Assembly (NCBI RefSeq): GCF_006345805.1
Contig: NC_043002.1
Span: forward strand, 98,518,001 to 98,582,000
Source: Octopus sinensis
Lineage: Eukaryota
DNA: 64,000 bases
Reading direction: 5' to 3'
Part shown: piece after piece, positions 51,693-64,000 of the stretch
How positions within the stretch are numbered: the stretch's first letter is position 1
How the letters are laid out: each line of letters opens with the position of its first letter
The notes under the pieces: model-generated
The model's input: only the letters and a program-made list of their open reading frames with translations
What the model was told of the DNA's origin: nothing
Database searches by the model: none
Program-made: the position numbers and the translations under genes

Positions 51693-52337
51693 AGGTATAA
51701 TAAATGGAGAATTTGACTGTTATTTTCAGTAGGTCAAGCAATCATTTAGAAGTTTTGTTGTTGGCTGAATTGACTATATTTGTTATTATTGTTGTTGTTG
51801 TTTAATCCCAGCTTATTCCTGATTAAGCAAACTTGTTTTTCTATTCTTTTTCTTATTCCACTCATTGTACTGTGGCCATACTGGGGCACCACCCCATAGA
51901 GTTTAGTTGATCAAATTATCCTTAGTGCTTATGAGGTGTATCATTCTATTAGTTTATTTTTGCCAAGCCACTAAGTTATAAGGATGCAAACAAACCAACA
52001 GCAGTTGTCATGCAATAAGAGCCGAATACAAAGAACTCTCTCTCTCTGACACACACACACATATACACACATAGCATTTCCACACAGATTTTTTTTCTCC
52101 TAGATATTTTCACTAAGTCCTTGGTCAGCTCAGGGCTTTAATATAATAGAAGACACTTGCTCAAGGTGCCATGTACTGGGATTGAACTTAAAACACAACC
52201 ATGCTTGCATCTAGCCATGATCAACTATATTCCCTCATCTTTTGCATCTCTGATGTGTGAGAGATTTAGTTGTAATGTATTGAGCAATCGAGCAATGTTA
52301 TTGAAGCTCCATGATTTAACCCAGGTAAAATGAATAT

Positions 52338-52722
52338 GGATGGAAGCACTCCGTCGGTTACGACGATGAGGGTTTCGGTTGATCCGAATCAACGGAACAG
52401 CCTGCTCGTGAAATTAACGTGTAAGTGGCTGAGCACTCCACAGACACGTGTACCCTTAACGTAGTTCTCGGGGATATTCAGCGTGACACAGAGAGTGACA
52501 AGGCCGGCCCTTTGAAATACAGGTACAACAGAAACAGGAAGTAAGAGTGAGAGAAAGTTGTGGTGAAAGAGTACAACAGGGATCCCCACCATCCCTGCTG
52601 GAGCCTCGTGGAGCTTTAGGTGTTTTCGCTCAATAAACACTCACAACGCCCGGTTTGGGAATCGAAACCGCGATCCTACGACCGCGAGTCCGCTGCCCTA
52701 ACCACTGGGCCATTGTGCCTCC
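52338..52722 (-). mobile_element. SINE family B with 11-bp TSD
   Basis: TSD AAAATGAATAT at 52327-37 and 52726-36. Confidence 0.93.
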
Positions 52723-53237
52723 ACAAAAATGAATATATGGAGAAGTTGTATCTTCAGTGTGGAATAATGCTGATTAAAACATGTAAATAAAACAACAACA
52801 AAAAAACTCTTTATAAACTCAGGTTAACAATCAAAATTATCAGTCTAATCTACTTGAGGTAATCTACATTGTACTTCATCATTTTGGCTTTGGCAGTATG
52901 TAGTATAGTGTTCTCAACATGTGTAGGATTAAGTTCATAGACCTTGTTCTATGGTCATAATCCTTTCTGACAGGACATTTCATTGGTCACTTAGAAGGAA
53001 GTATTTCAAGAGAGATGTTTCAATAACCATAAGAGGTAGTTTCCAATGAGTTTATTATAAGTTAAACAAGTGAATATATAGAGGATCAAACAAAATTGTA
53101 CTTGCTTTATTTATTGTTGTGGCTGTCGTCATTTTACTTCAGGTCACTACTGATTGAATAGCCAGACCTATGGTCAAAGCAACAACCATCTTGCCCTGAA
53201 TTTTTATTTACTTACTTATTCATTTATCTATTTGTTT

Positions 53238-53647
53238 CTTTACTCTTTTACTTGTTTCAGTCATTTGACTGCGGCCATGCTCGAGCACCGCCTTTAGTCG
53301 AGCAACTCGACCCCGGGACTTATTCTTTTTATAAGCCCAGTACTTATTCTATCGGTCTCTTTTTGCCGAACCGCTAAGTGACGGGGACGTAAACACACCA
53401 GCATCGGTTGTCAAGCAATGCTAGGGGGACAAACACAGACACACAAGCACACACACACACACACATACATATATATATATACATATATACGACAGGCTTC
53501 CTTCAGTTTCTGTCTACCAAATCCACTCACAAGGCATTGGTCGGCCCGGGGCTATAGCAGAAGACACTTGCCCAAGATGCCATGCAGTGGGACTGAACCC
53601 GGAACCATGTGGTTGGTTAGCAAGCTACTTACCACACAGCTACTCCT
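53238..53647 (-). mobile_element. SINE family A
   Basis: Reverse complement of a full family A element. Confidence 0.92.
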
Positions 53648-54345
53648 TTGTTTCTTTTCTTTTTTTTGTTAGGCATACCATATCTAGGACTACCTTATCC
53701 TTTTATTTAAAAGTGATAATATAAGATATGATATGAGCTATTTCTAGCAACTGAAGTGACCACATTGGCTTGTGTTTAATTTATGTGTGTGAGGGAAGTC
53801 TTGTTGTTCAATATAGACCTTTAAGTTGGTGCAGCTTAGTGGAGGTGTGTGTGCATACATGTGCATTAGGGAGTATATATACATGTTTGCATTTGTATGC
53901 ATGTATACTAGTGTCAGTTACATTTTTTTACCCCGCTCTGAAATGTGATATTCTCCTCTTAGTCTAGCATTAAAAAAGTTTCAACTTTTATACCAGTTGG
54001 ACTAAATGTAATTAAAGTAAAGCCTATTGCTGGATATGAAGGAAAGAGCAGTATCCCATGGCCTTCACAGTTCCTCTGAGGCTGGTGAAATTGATGCTGT
54101 TAATGTTCCTCTCCAACCATTGTAAGTAACATCCGTGGGAAAGAGGATAGGGAACTCAAGAGAATTGATGTTCTGAGAAGAAAGGACTGGCATAGGGATT
54201 AGTGTGGGGTGCCAAGGATGTTGGACACAAAACAAGGCAGGTTACAAACCAGAGGAAGAAAGACAAGCAGGGTGGGAAATGGAAATGACAGGAACTTGGC
54301 TACTTCCAATGAGCAGAGAACATAGTAGTAGTAGTAGTAGTAGAA

Positions 54346-54578
54346 GGTGGCGAGCTGGTTGAATTGTTAGCAAGCCGGGTGAAATGCTTAGTGGTATTTC
54401 GTCTGCTGTTATGGTCTGAGTTCAAATTCCGCCGAGGTCGACTTTGCCTTTCATCCTTTCGGAGTCGATAAATTAAGTACCAGTTACGCACTGGGGTCGA
54501 TGTAATCGACTTAATCCATTTGTCTGTCCTTGTTTGTCCCCTTTATGTTTAGCTCCTTGTGGGCAATAAAGAAATAAG
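54346..54578 (+). mobile_element. Family M SINE inserted in an (AGT)n microsatellite
   Basis: (AGT)n-AGAA occurs on both sides. Confidence 0.9.
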
Positions 54579-55540
54579 TAGTAGTAGTCGTAGTAGTAGT
54601 AGTAGTAGAAAAAGCAAGGAGAGGAGATTGTATGTTTGTGGCTAGAAACTGAAACACATCTGTGAGTGACTTTATGTCAGGTGAGCTTTCTGGTTACAGT
54701 TTAGGGATGTCTGCATGTGTATAATGGTAACTGTACTCTCCTACATATGGAAGCAATACTCTCATGTGAGCTTCACCTGAGTATCTAGAGTGTCAATAAT
54801 TGTTTGGGGATGAAATATTTTCTGGCTTTGAAAAAAATGCCCATAGTTTTCTAAACAATGGATCTAGAGACATAGTCTTTACTGATACATTAATACTAAT
54901 AGCATGTGTTTGTATGTGTGTATGTACTGTGTTTTCTAGCATGCAAGTTAACATGCTATATAGTGTAAGCATTGAAACACCACCACTATTTTTCAAATCT
55001 TGGTGCATTTTGCATGGAATAAGTCATCTTCATGTATTAGTTGAACTACCATTTTTGGCTGAGACTTTTGGTCTGAAAAATCTGAATTGTATACTGGAAA
55101 ATACAGTATTTATGTATTTGTGGGACCAAATATAAATGTTAGTTTAGTCTGAGTTTAGTCTAAGTTGTTCCATATATTTAAACAGGATGCTTTACTCCTC
55201 CAGTTTAATGAAGTCAATGTTTATTGTGAGTATGTGTGCATGTGTGTGTGCGTGTGTGTATAAGATGTGTCAATATTATTTTTAGGGAATTCTACTTATT
55301 CAGTTATACTCTAACATTACAAGCTGTTTGGCTGATAGCTCCTTATTCAGACTAGGCTACAGTTGATTTGACATCAGGCAGATGCATGCATATATGCCTG
55401 TATGTTGTTTGTATGTGTATATATGCATGTATGTTGTATTTATGTATATATAAACTCATCTATATACACACTCCTGTACACACAGAATATGAAATCTAAT
55501 GAGGACTGAGGATATCACTTAATGCCGACTGCAAGACGCA

Positions 55541-55622
55541 AATGCTATATAGAATGCTATATAATAGAATGCTATATAATAGAATGCTATATAATAGAAT
55601 GCTATATAATAGAATGCTATAG
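55541..55622. repeat. 15-bp minisatellite (GAATGCTATATAATA), ~5 copies
   Basis: Direct reading; gives the IAFYY repeat in ORF 55519-55719. Confidence 0.9.
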
Positions 55623-55833
55623 AAAGCCTAATAAGCTCTTGACTGAATTCTAAATGATGTTGTGTGTGTGCACACATGCTCATGTGAAAATACATATATA
55701 TACATACATACACACACACATATCATAATGTACACACATATATATACTCACTTGTGCAGATACATGTTTTTTTATAGCATGCAACCAAGCCACGTTCTAT
55801 TCTACACGCATGTGTGTGTACATGCACGCACAT

Positions 55834-55869
<36 letters not shown>

Positions 55870-56910
55870 ACACACACACACACAAATATATGTACATAAA
55901 TAGATATATATTTAAATCAATAACAACAAATTAGCTAAGCTTGATTCCACCTCTTGATAAATAAAATAACATCAAACTAAAATCCTATTTTATGGAATAA
56001 GTGGGTGGTTAAAGAATTGATTAAGGTAAGTTCTGGTACAAGAACTCTTTTCTACTTGTGTTCAGCAGACAGTGAAGGAGAATTCTTTTTTTAAGAGAAA
56101 TCTTTTCATCATCACATTCCATTCTTGCTTTTTTTCTTTTTATTATGTTGCTATTTTTGTTTAGAGTTGCTATCATGTTTTTTGTTTAACTATAAACTCT
56201 AATCTCTAAACTGTAGTTTTAGCACAGTCCTAGGCTGTATTAGTAAATCTATTGATTTCAAACAAAGTATGAGGTCTCCAATTTGGAGATTAGGTATGAT
56301 CAGTTATACTGACCACTCCACCTCAGTATTTGACTGGTACTTCAGTTTATTGAATACCCCACCACTAGAAGAATGAAATACAAAATTGCCTCTTGTGGAA
56401 TCTGAATTAAAAAGGAATCTTTTTAAAGTTATTTTTTATCAATCTGTTCCATACATTACAGCCAAGTCTTCAGTTTGAAGATAACTTTCTCACATCCACC
56501 CACCAATACTGAAGGCTCTGAAAGGCTGTTGGCACAGGACTTCCTCTTCTTTTAAGCTCATGTATATTTGTATGTTTAGCATTGAGTGTCAGCAGAAAGA
56601 GTACTGGAAGTCTGCATTATGTTCAATTGTCTGCTCTAGAACATTTTCTATGGCAAGATGCTCTTCCTGACGCCAAGCACTTCACAGAATGTAATAGATG
56701 CCTTTCTTCATAGCACCAACACTATTGAGGTCACCATGTAACTTCTAAGACTAAGATTCCCTTTGATCAAGTAAGACTATGGAAGAGAAGGTGGCAAGTT
56801 TTATGCTATGTGATGAAAGACTTAAGTGACATAAATGTCCAGAACAGGTTTCTTGGTGTATATATGTATATGTATGTATGCATGTATGTATATATATATA
56901 TATTATATAT

Positions 56911-57490
56911 ATAATCATCATCATTATATCATCATCATCATTTAGCGTCCGTTTTCCATGCTAGCATGGGTTGGACGGTTCAACTGGGATCTGTGAAGCC
57001 GGAAGGCTTCATTAGGCCAGTCAGATCTGGCAGTGTTTCTACGGCTGGATGCCCTTCCTAACGCCAACCACTCCGTGAGTGTAGTGGGTGCTTTTTACGT
57101 GCCAGACAGAGCTGGCAAACGGCACGAATGGATGGTGCTTTTACGTGCCACTGGCACGGGGGCCAGGCGAGGCTGGCAACGGACATATATATATGTATAT
57201 ATATATATATATATATAATCATCATCATTATCATCATCATCATCATTTAGCGTCCGTTTTCCATGCTAGCATGGGTTGGACGGTTCAACTGGGATCTGTG
57301 AAGCCGGAAGGCTTCATTAGGCCCAGTCAGATCTGGCAGTGTTTCTACGGCTGGATGCCCTTCCTAACGCCAACCACTCCGTGAGTGTAGTGGGTGCTTT
57401 TTACGTGCCAGACAGAGCTGGCAAACGGCCACGAATGGATGGTGCTTTTACGTGCCACTGGCACGGGGGCCAGGCGAGGCTGGCAACGGA
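56911..57490 (-). mobile_element. Two tandem, near-identical family R copies (56911-57182, 57215-57490)
   Basis: Both run from (ATC)n-TTTAGCGTCCGTTTTCC to GGCTGGCAACGGAC, followed by (TA)n. Confidence 0.92.
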
Positions 57491-57523
57491 CATATATATA
57501 TGTATATATATATATATATATAT

Positions 57524-58395
57524 CAGCCTCGTCTGGCACCCGTGTCGGTGATATGTAAAAGCACCATTCGCTCGTGGCCGTTTGCCAGCTCTGTCTGGCC
57601 CCGTGTCGGTGGCACGTAAAAGCACCATCCGTTCGTGTTCGTTGCCAGCCTTGCCTGGCCCCGTGCCGGTGACATGTAAAAGCACTGTCCGTTCGTGGCC
57701 ATTTGCCAGCTCCGTCTGGCCCCGTGTCGGTGACACATAAAAGCACCGTCCGTTCGTGTCCGTTGCCAGCCTCGGCTGGCCCCCGTGCCGGTGACACGTA
57801 AAAGCACCGTCCGTTCGTGGCCGTTTGCCAGCTCTGTCTGGCCCCGTGTCAGTGGCACGTAAAAGCACCATCCGTTCGTGTTCGTTGCCAGCCTCGGCTG
57901 GCCCCCGTGCAGGTGACACGTAAAAGCACCGTCCGTTCGTGGCCGTTTGCCAGCTCTGTCTGGCCCCGTGTCGGTGGCACGTAAAAGCACCATACGTTCG
58001 TGTTCGTAGCCAGCCTCGGCTGGCCCCCGTGCAGGTGACACGTAAAAGCACCGTCCGTTCATGGCCGTTTGCCAGCTCTGTCTGGCCCCGTGTCGGTGGC
58101 ACGTAAAAGCACCATCCGTTCGTGTCCGTTGCCAGCATTGCCTGGCCCCGTGCCGGTGACACGTAAAAACACCATCCGTTCGTGGCCGTTCGCCAGCTCT
58201 GTCTGGTACCTGTGCAGGTGGCACGTAAAAAACACCCACTACACTCGCGGAGTGGTTGGCGTTAGGAAGGGCATCCAGCCGTAGAAACACTGCCAAATCT
58301 GACTGGGCCTGATGAAGCCTTCCGGCTTCACAGACCCCAGTTAAACCGTCCAACCCATGCTAGCATGGAAAGCGGACGCTAAATGATGATGATGA
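57524..58395 (+). mobile_element. Family R element with an expanded alternating A/B ~60-bp array (57524-58230)
   Basis: About 12 AAAA(G/A)CAC anchors ~60 bp apart; units alternate GGCCGTTTGCCAGCTCTGTCTGG (A) and G(T/C)CGTTGCCAGCCTCGGCTGG (B); ends in (GAT)n. Confidence 0.92.
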
Positions 58396-58409
58396 AGATA
58401 TATATATAT

Positions 58410-58540
58410 GGTTAATTGCAACAAGTTGCTCAAAACCACATACCAAAAATATTAGAAATGGCAGCCAAATAGGTCACCTATTTGGCTGCCATTTCTAATA
58501 TTTTCGGTATGTGGTTTTGAGCAACTTGTTGCAATTAACC
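58410..58540. repeat. 131-bp near-perfect palindrome (65-bp arms, 1-nt centre at 58475, one mismatch)
   Basis: GGTTAATTGCAACAAG...CAAATAGGT-C-ACCTATTTG...CTTGTTGCAATTAACC. Confidence 0.97.
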
Positions 58541-59529
58541 CTTTATTATAATTAATATGATCCTTACCAAATATGGTCTTTTCCATACCGATAAAACTAC
58601 TAGTTAAATCAACTAACCGGTAGTACCCTTTGTAGTTCTGTATATTCTACTAAATATTCTAAATAGTTCTTTATCATTGGCTCATCTGTGAGCAGTAAGA
58701 GAATGATAGATACTATGCTCCTTGCTATTTGTCTCAACAACATTCACACAAAGAAAATCATGAACCATAAACTCTTAAGGCATTCATTCACAGCTGTGTT
58801 TGTTAGTTAAGAATATTACATACATCTGAGCTAATGAAGGTCATTAGACCTGCTTAAAATAACAGTCAAATCTCCTTCAATTTCCAACCCCCTATTTTTA
58901 AAAGGGATACATTTTGATAATGCATTTTGTCTGGAAAAAACCCGACATGATGGTTATGCCTAGAATGCTTTTGATCATAGTTCTATTCAATCATGGCTAT
59001 CTTGGTACTAAACACCAAGTGCTTATACTGCATACAGAATCTAGAGGAAGTTACACACTATCACCAACAAGTGAAACACAAACATCATAGAAACAAAGTA
59101 AAGATTAACTCTATGTATTACATTTCCTGTAAGCTTTGTTACTCTCAAAATGACAGACAGGTAGTCTTTTTGATCCTTTGACAAGACTGTCTTCACTAAC
59201 TTTTCAAAATTAATCACACACACTATTCTTTAAACATGATAGTTCTGGAAGTTGCACATTTGCTGTCCACATTTCTTGCAACTTGACAACTTTATACCAC
59301 AAAACATTTAACAAACTCTCTTCCTCTTACCACAGTGTTTTTTACACAATGTATGCAAAGTGACCCAACAAAGTAACTAGCCAAACATTGTACTTCAGAG
59401 CTATCTCTTATCCTTATTACACTTGTCAATATTTCTCTCTTTACTGGGAACTAACTCCAGAAACATAGACTGGTATGTCTCCTTCCCAAGAAAGGAACTG
59501 AGAATCAGACACCCACGAAGGCAACTCAT

Positions 59530-60060
59530 CTCACTATGACAATTACTTCCATATCAATTCAACCATCTCAAAGATTATGGAAACTTTTGTAAACAACCAC
59601 TTCTTTCATCTCCTTCAATTTCTCCCCTTCAGAGCAGTTTCTGTAGAACCAGAGCCACAAAACACTTAGACTTCACAAAACACAATAATGGTCTCTTTTG
59701 AGAATTTTTCCAAAAGAAATTTTGTTATTCTTAACATCAGCAGAGCCTTCAACTGTGACTGGCTTGATAACCTAGTTAAGTTGCTTGCTTATGGGCTTTG
59801 CCCTGTCCTCATCTTTTGAATCTAAAGTTTTCCAGGAGATTGTTCCATTGTAGTGTGTACTGATAGGGCTTTCTCCAATATACATTTCCTCCACTTTATT
59901 CTACTATAACTTTCAGTTATGTCTTTCATAGTCTTTTTTATTTTTGTACATTAATGATATAAACCACACATATTCTTATACCGATGATACCACCCTCCAC
60001 TCCTTAACATTCTACTGCTGGAGACCTTAAAAGCATCTTTGGGGACTTGTAAAACTTATA
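59530..60060 (+). pseudogene. Heavily decayed CR1/Jockey-type reverse transcriptase
   Basis: Fragments ISKIMETFVNN, ILNISRAFNCDWLDNLVKLLAYG and FLYINDINHTYSYTDDTTLH (YTDD at 59977-88) correspond to SKxMExxVN, LDISKAFDxVW..L..KL..YG and FINDL..YADD. Confidence 0.7.
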
Positions 60061-60378
60061 AACCTGATCTTTTTTTTAACAGTACTGTAACTATACACAT
60101 TAAAGAAACAGTCTTGTACTATTCTCTTCTCAGACACTACACAACAATAGCTTTCAATGTTATTACAAATTCCCTCTTATACTTTCCAAAGGAAACCTCA
60201 CATAAATCATATTGTGAAGTCTGAATTTTAAAAAGTATGGATTTTTTTTTCTTCTGAATTAAGAAATACTTATAGATAATTTACAAAAATATATGTAGAT
60301 ATATTGATAATGTCCAAGGGAAATCATGTTAAAGTTAATAAGTCTAAGTATACACATAATAAGAAGAGCACAGAATTA

Positions 60379-60804
60379 TCTTCTCTATATATAAACGGCA
60401 GTTTGTCTGTTTGTGTGTCTGTCAGGTTGTACCCTCACCTGCTGACCATGGCTTTCAACCGATTCTGATGAAACTTGACACACACATAGCCCAATGTCAT
60501 AATTCAAAACTAACGCAGCGAAAATTTTGAAAAGTTCCCCCAGTTCTGAAAAAAATCGATAAATTCGAGATGGGATCGAGAATCTAAGCTTTTTATATGC
60601 AACACATTTTCTGTTGTAGTTTTTGCAACTTGCATTCGGGAGACAGCTAGGAACATCGTATACACAGAAGTATTCGAGTGAAGAGAAGACATTGCAACCT
60701 ACACATGTGCCTTCGTTTCCTAGAGGGAAAGAACTAGATTGGGATTAGTTGTTGCCTACTAGGGGCTCTTACATACCCCGGGCAACGCCGGGCTATGCTG
60801 CTAG
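60379..60804 (+). mobile_element. Non-autonomous Helitron (426 bp)
   Basis: A|TCTTCTCTATATATAAACGG ... CCCGGGCAACGCCGGGCTATGCTG-CTAG|T. Confidence 0.9.
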
Positions 60805-62981
60805 TATGTAATAAATAGAGATTAACTTTACTGAATGAAACAATATTTTGATAGCATCTCTATCTTCTTGAGGTTCAAAATGGAAAAATATGCAGAATTA
60901 CATGGATTCAAAATTTGAACTAGAATATATTGTATACCTTTCTAGACAAAATGACATCATCAGTTTTTGCTTGTTCATAACTGGTAACAAGGAAACGAGA
61001 AAAAAAAAAGAAAGAGAAAGAAAAAAAAAACAGGAAAGAGAACACTTGGTGAAAAGTTTTGCATAAATATGCAGGAATTCTCCTGCCTCTTTGTTTATTC
61101 CTCCAGGGTGTGATGTCAGTAATATACAAATATATTTACCCTCATGTGTTCTGAGGACAGAAATTGCAGTGGAGCCAGAATATTTTCTGAGAATGTGTAA
61201 TTTTAGGTGATTCTCAAACTTACAGCTGCTTCGTGTAAAATGTTTGGCACATTCTTCATGTTACTGTTATTGAGCCTGACAACATCTTACCTTGCCAACT
61301 GAATTTTTATTTAATTTTTCTATTGTGCAACCAGCATAAATTGAATGATGTTTGGTGCATTCTTACAGGTCCCACCTTCTGTATTTATTAATCATAACAT
61401 TTCTGTTATAATTTGTGCTAAAGTTGACTTGATTCATGTTGTTGCAACAATTAACAGGACTTAGCTCCCTTGTGGCTGTTTTTAGGGATACAGCATTCAG
61501 AAACTTCAAGTTTTTATTGTAATTAGAGGTACTGGTTAATAGTTCTCATTTTTTATCGAGTCTAAAGGCTACAATATACAAATGAGAAAATATTTGTTTG
61601 CAATGAGGATATTTTTCTGCAATATGTTGGTAACTGTCATACAACACTAGCAAAATTTTGGCACCAGTTAATCACTAAAGACATTAAGTCATAAATTTTA
61701 CTTTGACTGTTAAAATTAGGATTTTGAAATTTTGATTTTCATTGGTAATTTTGGCCATATAGTTGTGATTTTTAAAAATTGTAATTCACTATAACTGCAT
61801 TTAAGATAACAGCACAAAAGTATTTACATATCTTCAATAATCCCCTGTGTCAATACAAATCCATTTTATCTTCAAAAACTGGGACTTTGGATTTAGTGTA
61901 ATTGTATGATACAGATGATCAGAGTAACACTGAAAATAACTGTAGGGTGGTCTAGGTGTCCAGAATAACTCTGTTAGTATGTAACCTTCTGAAAACTTAA
62001 CATTTGTGTCCAAAAATTCGACACTAATTTAAAAAAAAAAACTTGATGAGAATTTTATGTTGGATAAGCTGTCACAGAAATGCAAAACCTAAACTAAACT
62101 ATCCTGCATTTCTTCCCAGGCATAAAAAGATGTCACCAGTGAACCATAACTAGAGTATCAGTTCATGGCAATGTTGTGATTTGAATGTCTTCATTAACTG
62201 TGTCTAAGATTTTGTCATGAAGATGTTAGTGAAATTAAGTGCCATGGCACATCCCTTTGATGGTAAAATTTCAGGCAAACTTCATTATGTTACTTTGTAA
62301 CACAAACTTCAGTAATTTACAAAGAAAATTTGATAGAATACTTTTGTTTTGACCATTTTTCAAAAGAATTCATGTATGCTTCCACCCCCTCGTAAATGTT
62401 GGGGTATAGAGAATAAACATCCATGGTTGCCAAAAAACAGTTTTCAGTACTATTTTGATGCTTAGAAAAATTGTTAATTTATTTATCACATGGTACACAC
62501 TCTTCTTATTGTAGTTTTACCTTCTTGAAGAGTTATATCAATGTTCATAAATTATCAAAGTTAAGTGTAAGTATACTGATATTAATAGTGGGTGTTGGTG
62601 GTGGTAGTGTAAATAAATAAAGGAACAGTGTTATGAATAATCAGTGGGTAAGGGTGAAGTTAAATAGACATAGGTGTAGCAATATTAATGTTGAGAAAAT
62701 AGTGTTAAAAATAAAGGTTTAGTGAATGGAGCTTGAAATGTATAGATGGCATTTGAGAAAATGGGTTTTTTTGGGGGTTTTTTTTTGTTTTTTTTTGCTA
62801 AAATCATAATAGATGCTTTACTAAAACATTTGCTAAAATCATAATAGATTGTTGAAACTCATTATTTTCCCCACTGAAATTCACTTGATATAACTGTCTG
62901 ATGTTTTGCTCAACAGTTTTTGCTCTTCCTTTTCCTAAATATGCATCTCTCCATAACTTTCTCCATCTACATTTGGAACAG

Positions 62982-63055
62982 TTCAAACTGAATGTTTCAC
63001 ATAATCTCATTCACTTAGTCCCATTTTCCAATTTTAAAAAGCTTTATAATATTCT
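62982..63055 (+). CDS. Tentative leucine-rich-repeat exon or remnant
   Basis: FKLNVSHNLIHLVPFSNFKKLYNIL fits LxLSxNxIxxIPxxxFxxLxxL, after a pyrimidine-rich ...GGAACAG acceptor; the donor (CT|GTGCAC) is weak. Confidence 0.3.
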
Positions 63056-63310
63056 GTGCACTATGGCATCTCCATTGACTTATTAATGAAAACAACATTA
63101 ATGTCAGCAACAAAAAGATCCTTTAGCTACTCAAAGATAGAATTAATGATATGAAGCAGAGAACCGAAAACAAAAGACCTAGTTGCAGTTATAGAAAATG
63201 AGTTGAGTATAACTCATTGGTAGGCACCAAGGACTTGAGAGTCAGAATGTCAGCCCTCTGGAATTGTCTGTCAGCTTATGTCACACACACATTAATGGCA
63301 TCATGCTAGT

Positions 63311-63693
63311 GGAGGCGCAATGGCCCAGTGGTTAGGGCAGCGGACTCACAGTCATAGGATCGCGGTTTCGATCCCCAGACTGGGCGTTGTGAGTGTTTAT
63401 TGAGCGAAAACACCTAAAGCTCCACGAGGCTCCGGCAGGGGATGGTGGTGATCCCTGCTGTACTCTTTCACCACAACTTTCTCTCACTCTTACTTCCTGT
63501 TTCTGTTGTACCTGTATTTCAAAGGGGCCGGCCTTGTCACTCTCTGTGTCACGCTGAATATCCCCGAGAACTACGTTAAGGGTACGCGTGTCTGTGGAGT
63601 GCTCAGCTACTTACACGTTAATTTCACGAGCAGGTTGTTCCGTTGATTCGGATCAACTGGAACCCTCATCATCATAATCGATGGAGTGCTTCC
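63311..63693 (+). mobile_element. SINE family B with 14-bp TSD
   Basis: TSD AATGGCATCATGCT at 63294-307 and 63694-707. Confidence 0.93.
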
Positions 63694-63889
63694 AATGGCA
63701 TCATGCTCGCCAATCTCACTGGGCTTGCAAACATATGACTGTAGGAACTGCCCCTACCTCCAGATTCAGCAACAAAAGCTGGAGAAATATACTGGAGCTT
63801 TCTGAATGCACATAGAGTAGTATTTTAACTTCAGAGAATGATAAGGAAAATACACCCAATGTTGCCTGTTGTATTAGACTTTAATGAGT

Positions 63890-64000
63890 GGAGGCGCAAT
63901 GGCCCAGTGGTTAGAGCAGCAGACTCGCGGTCGTAGGATCACGGTTTCAATTCCTAGACCGGGCGTTGTGAGTGTTTATTGAGCGAAAACACCTAAAGCT
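63890..64000 (+). mobile_element. SINE family B, 5' part (runs off the window)
   Basis: GGAGGCGCAATGGCCCAGTGGTTAGAGCAGC... Confidence 0.9.

Noticed and set aside
54072-54122. 51-nt AG/GTAAGT-bounded candidate exon
   Set aside because: Weak acceptor, unremarkable peptide, and the region looks more like decayed minus-strand LINE sequence.
57524-58230. CRISPR-like regular array and the 253/276-aa ORFs over it (also 10317-10580)
   Set aside because: Whole units repeat with no unique spacers, no cas genes are present, the context is eukaryotic, and the units derive from the RTE 3' UTR.

Overview
AT-rich, microsatellite-dense eukaryotic DNA. The repeat content (tRNA-derived SINEs, RTE and CR1-like LINE remnants, Helitrons, piggyBac-type MITEs, Tc1) looks like a coleoid cephalopod, probably Octopus; this is inference from pattern recognition, not a database search. 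Nearly all ORFs in the supplied track are translations of (TA)n, (CA)n, (TATG)n or minisatellite DNA and are not genes. Protein-level signal is limited to: a DD36E Tc1 transposase remnant (two copies, within a 1.9 kb tandem duplication), the C-termini of an RTE and a CR1-like LINE, a decayed CR1/Jockey-type RT, and a plausible signal-peptide first coding exon on + at 50142-50286. Weaker exon candidates include an LRR-like 24-mer at about 62982-63055. The most interesting structures are: a minimal hammerhead-ribozyme motif in a Penelope-like fragment (3684-3718); a composite SINE insertion with a 17-bp TSD that captured about 150 bp of nearby DNA (21230-21960); repeated SINE insertion at the same site of an older repeat; a 131-bp near-perfect palindrome (58410-58540); a roughly 345-bp foldback (34575-34918); and an alternating A/B 60-bp array expanded from an RTE 3' UTR (57524-58230). 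I see no CRISPR array, rRNA, true tRNA gene or clear new multi-gene system.
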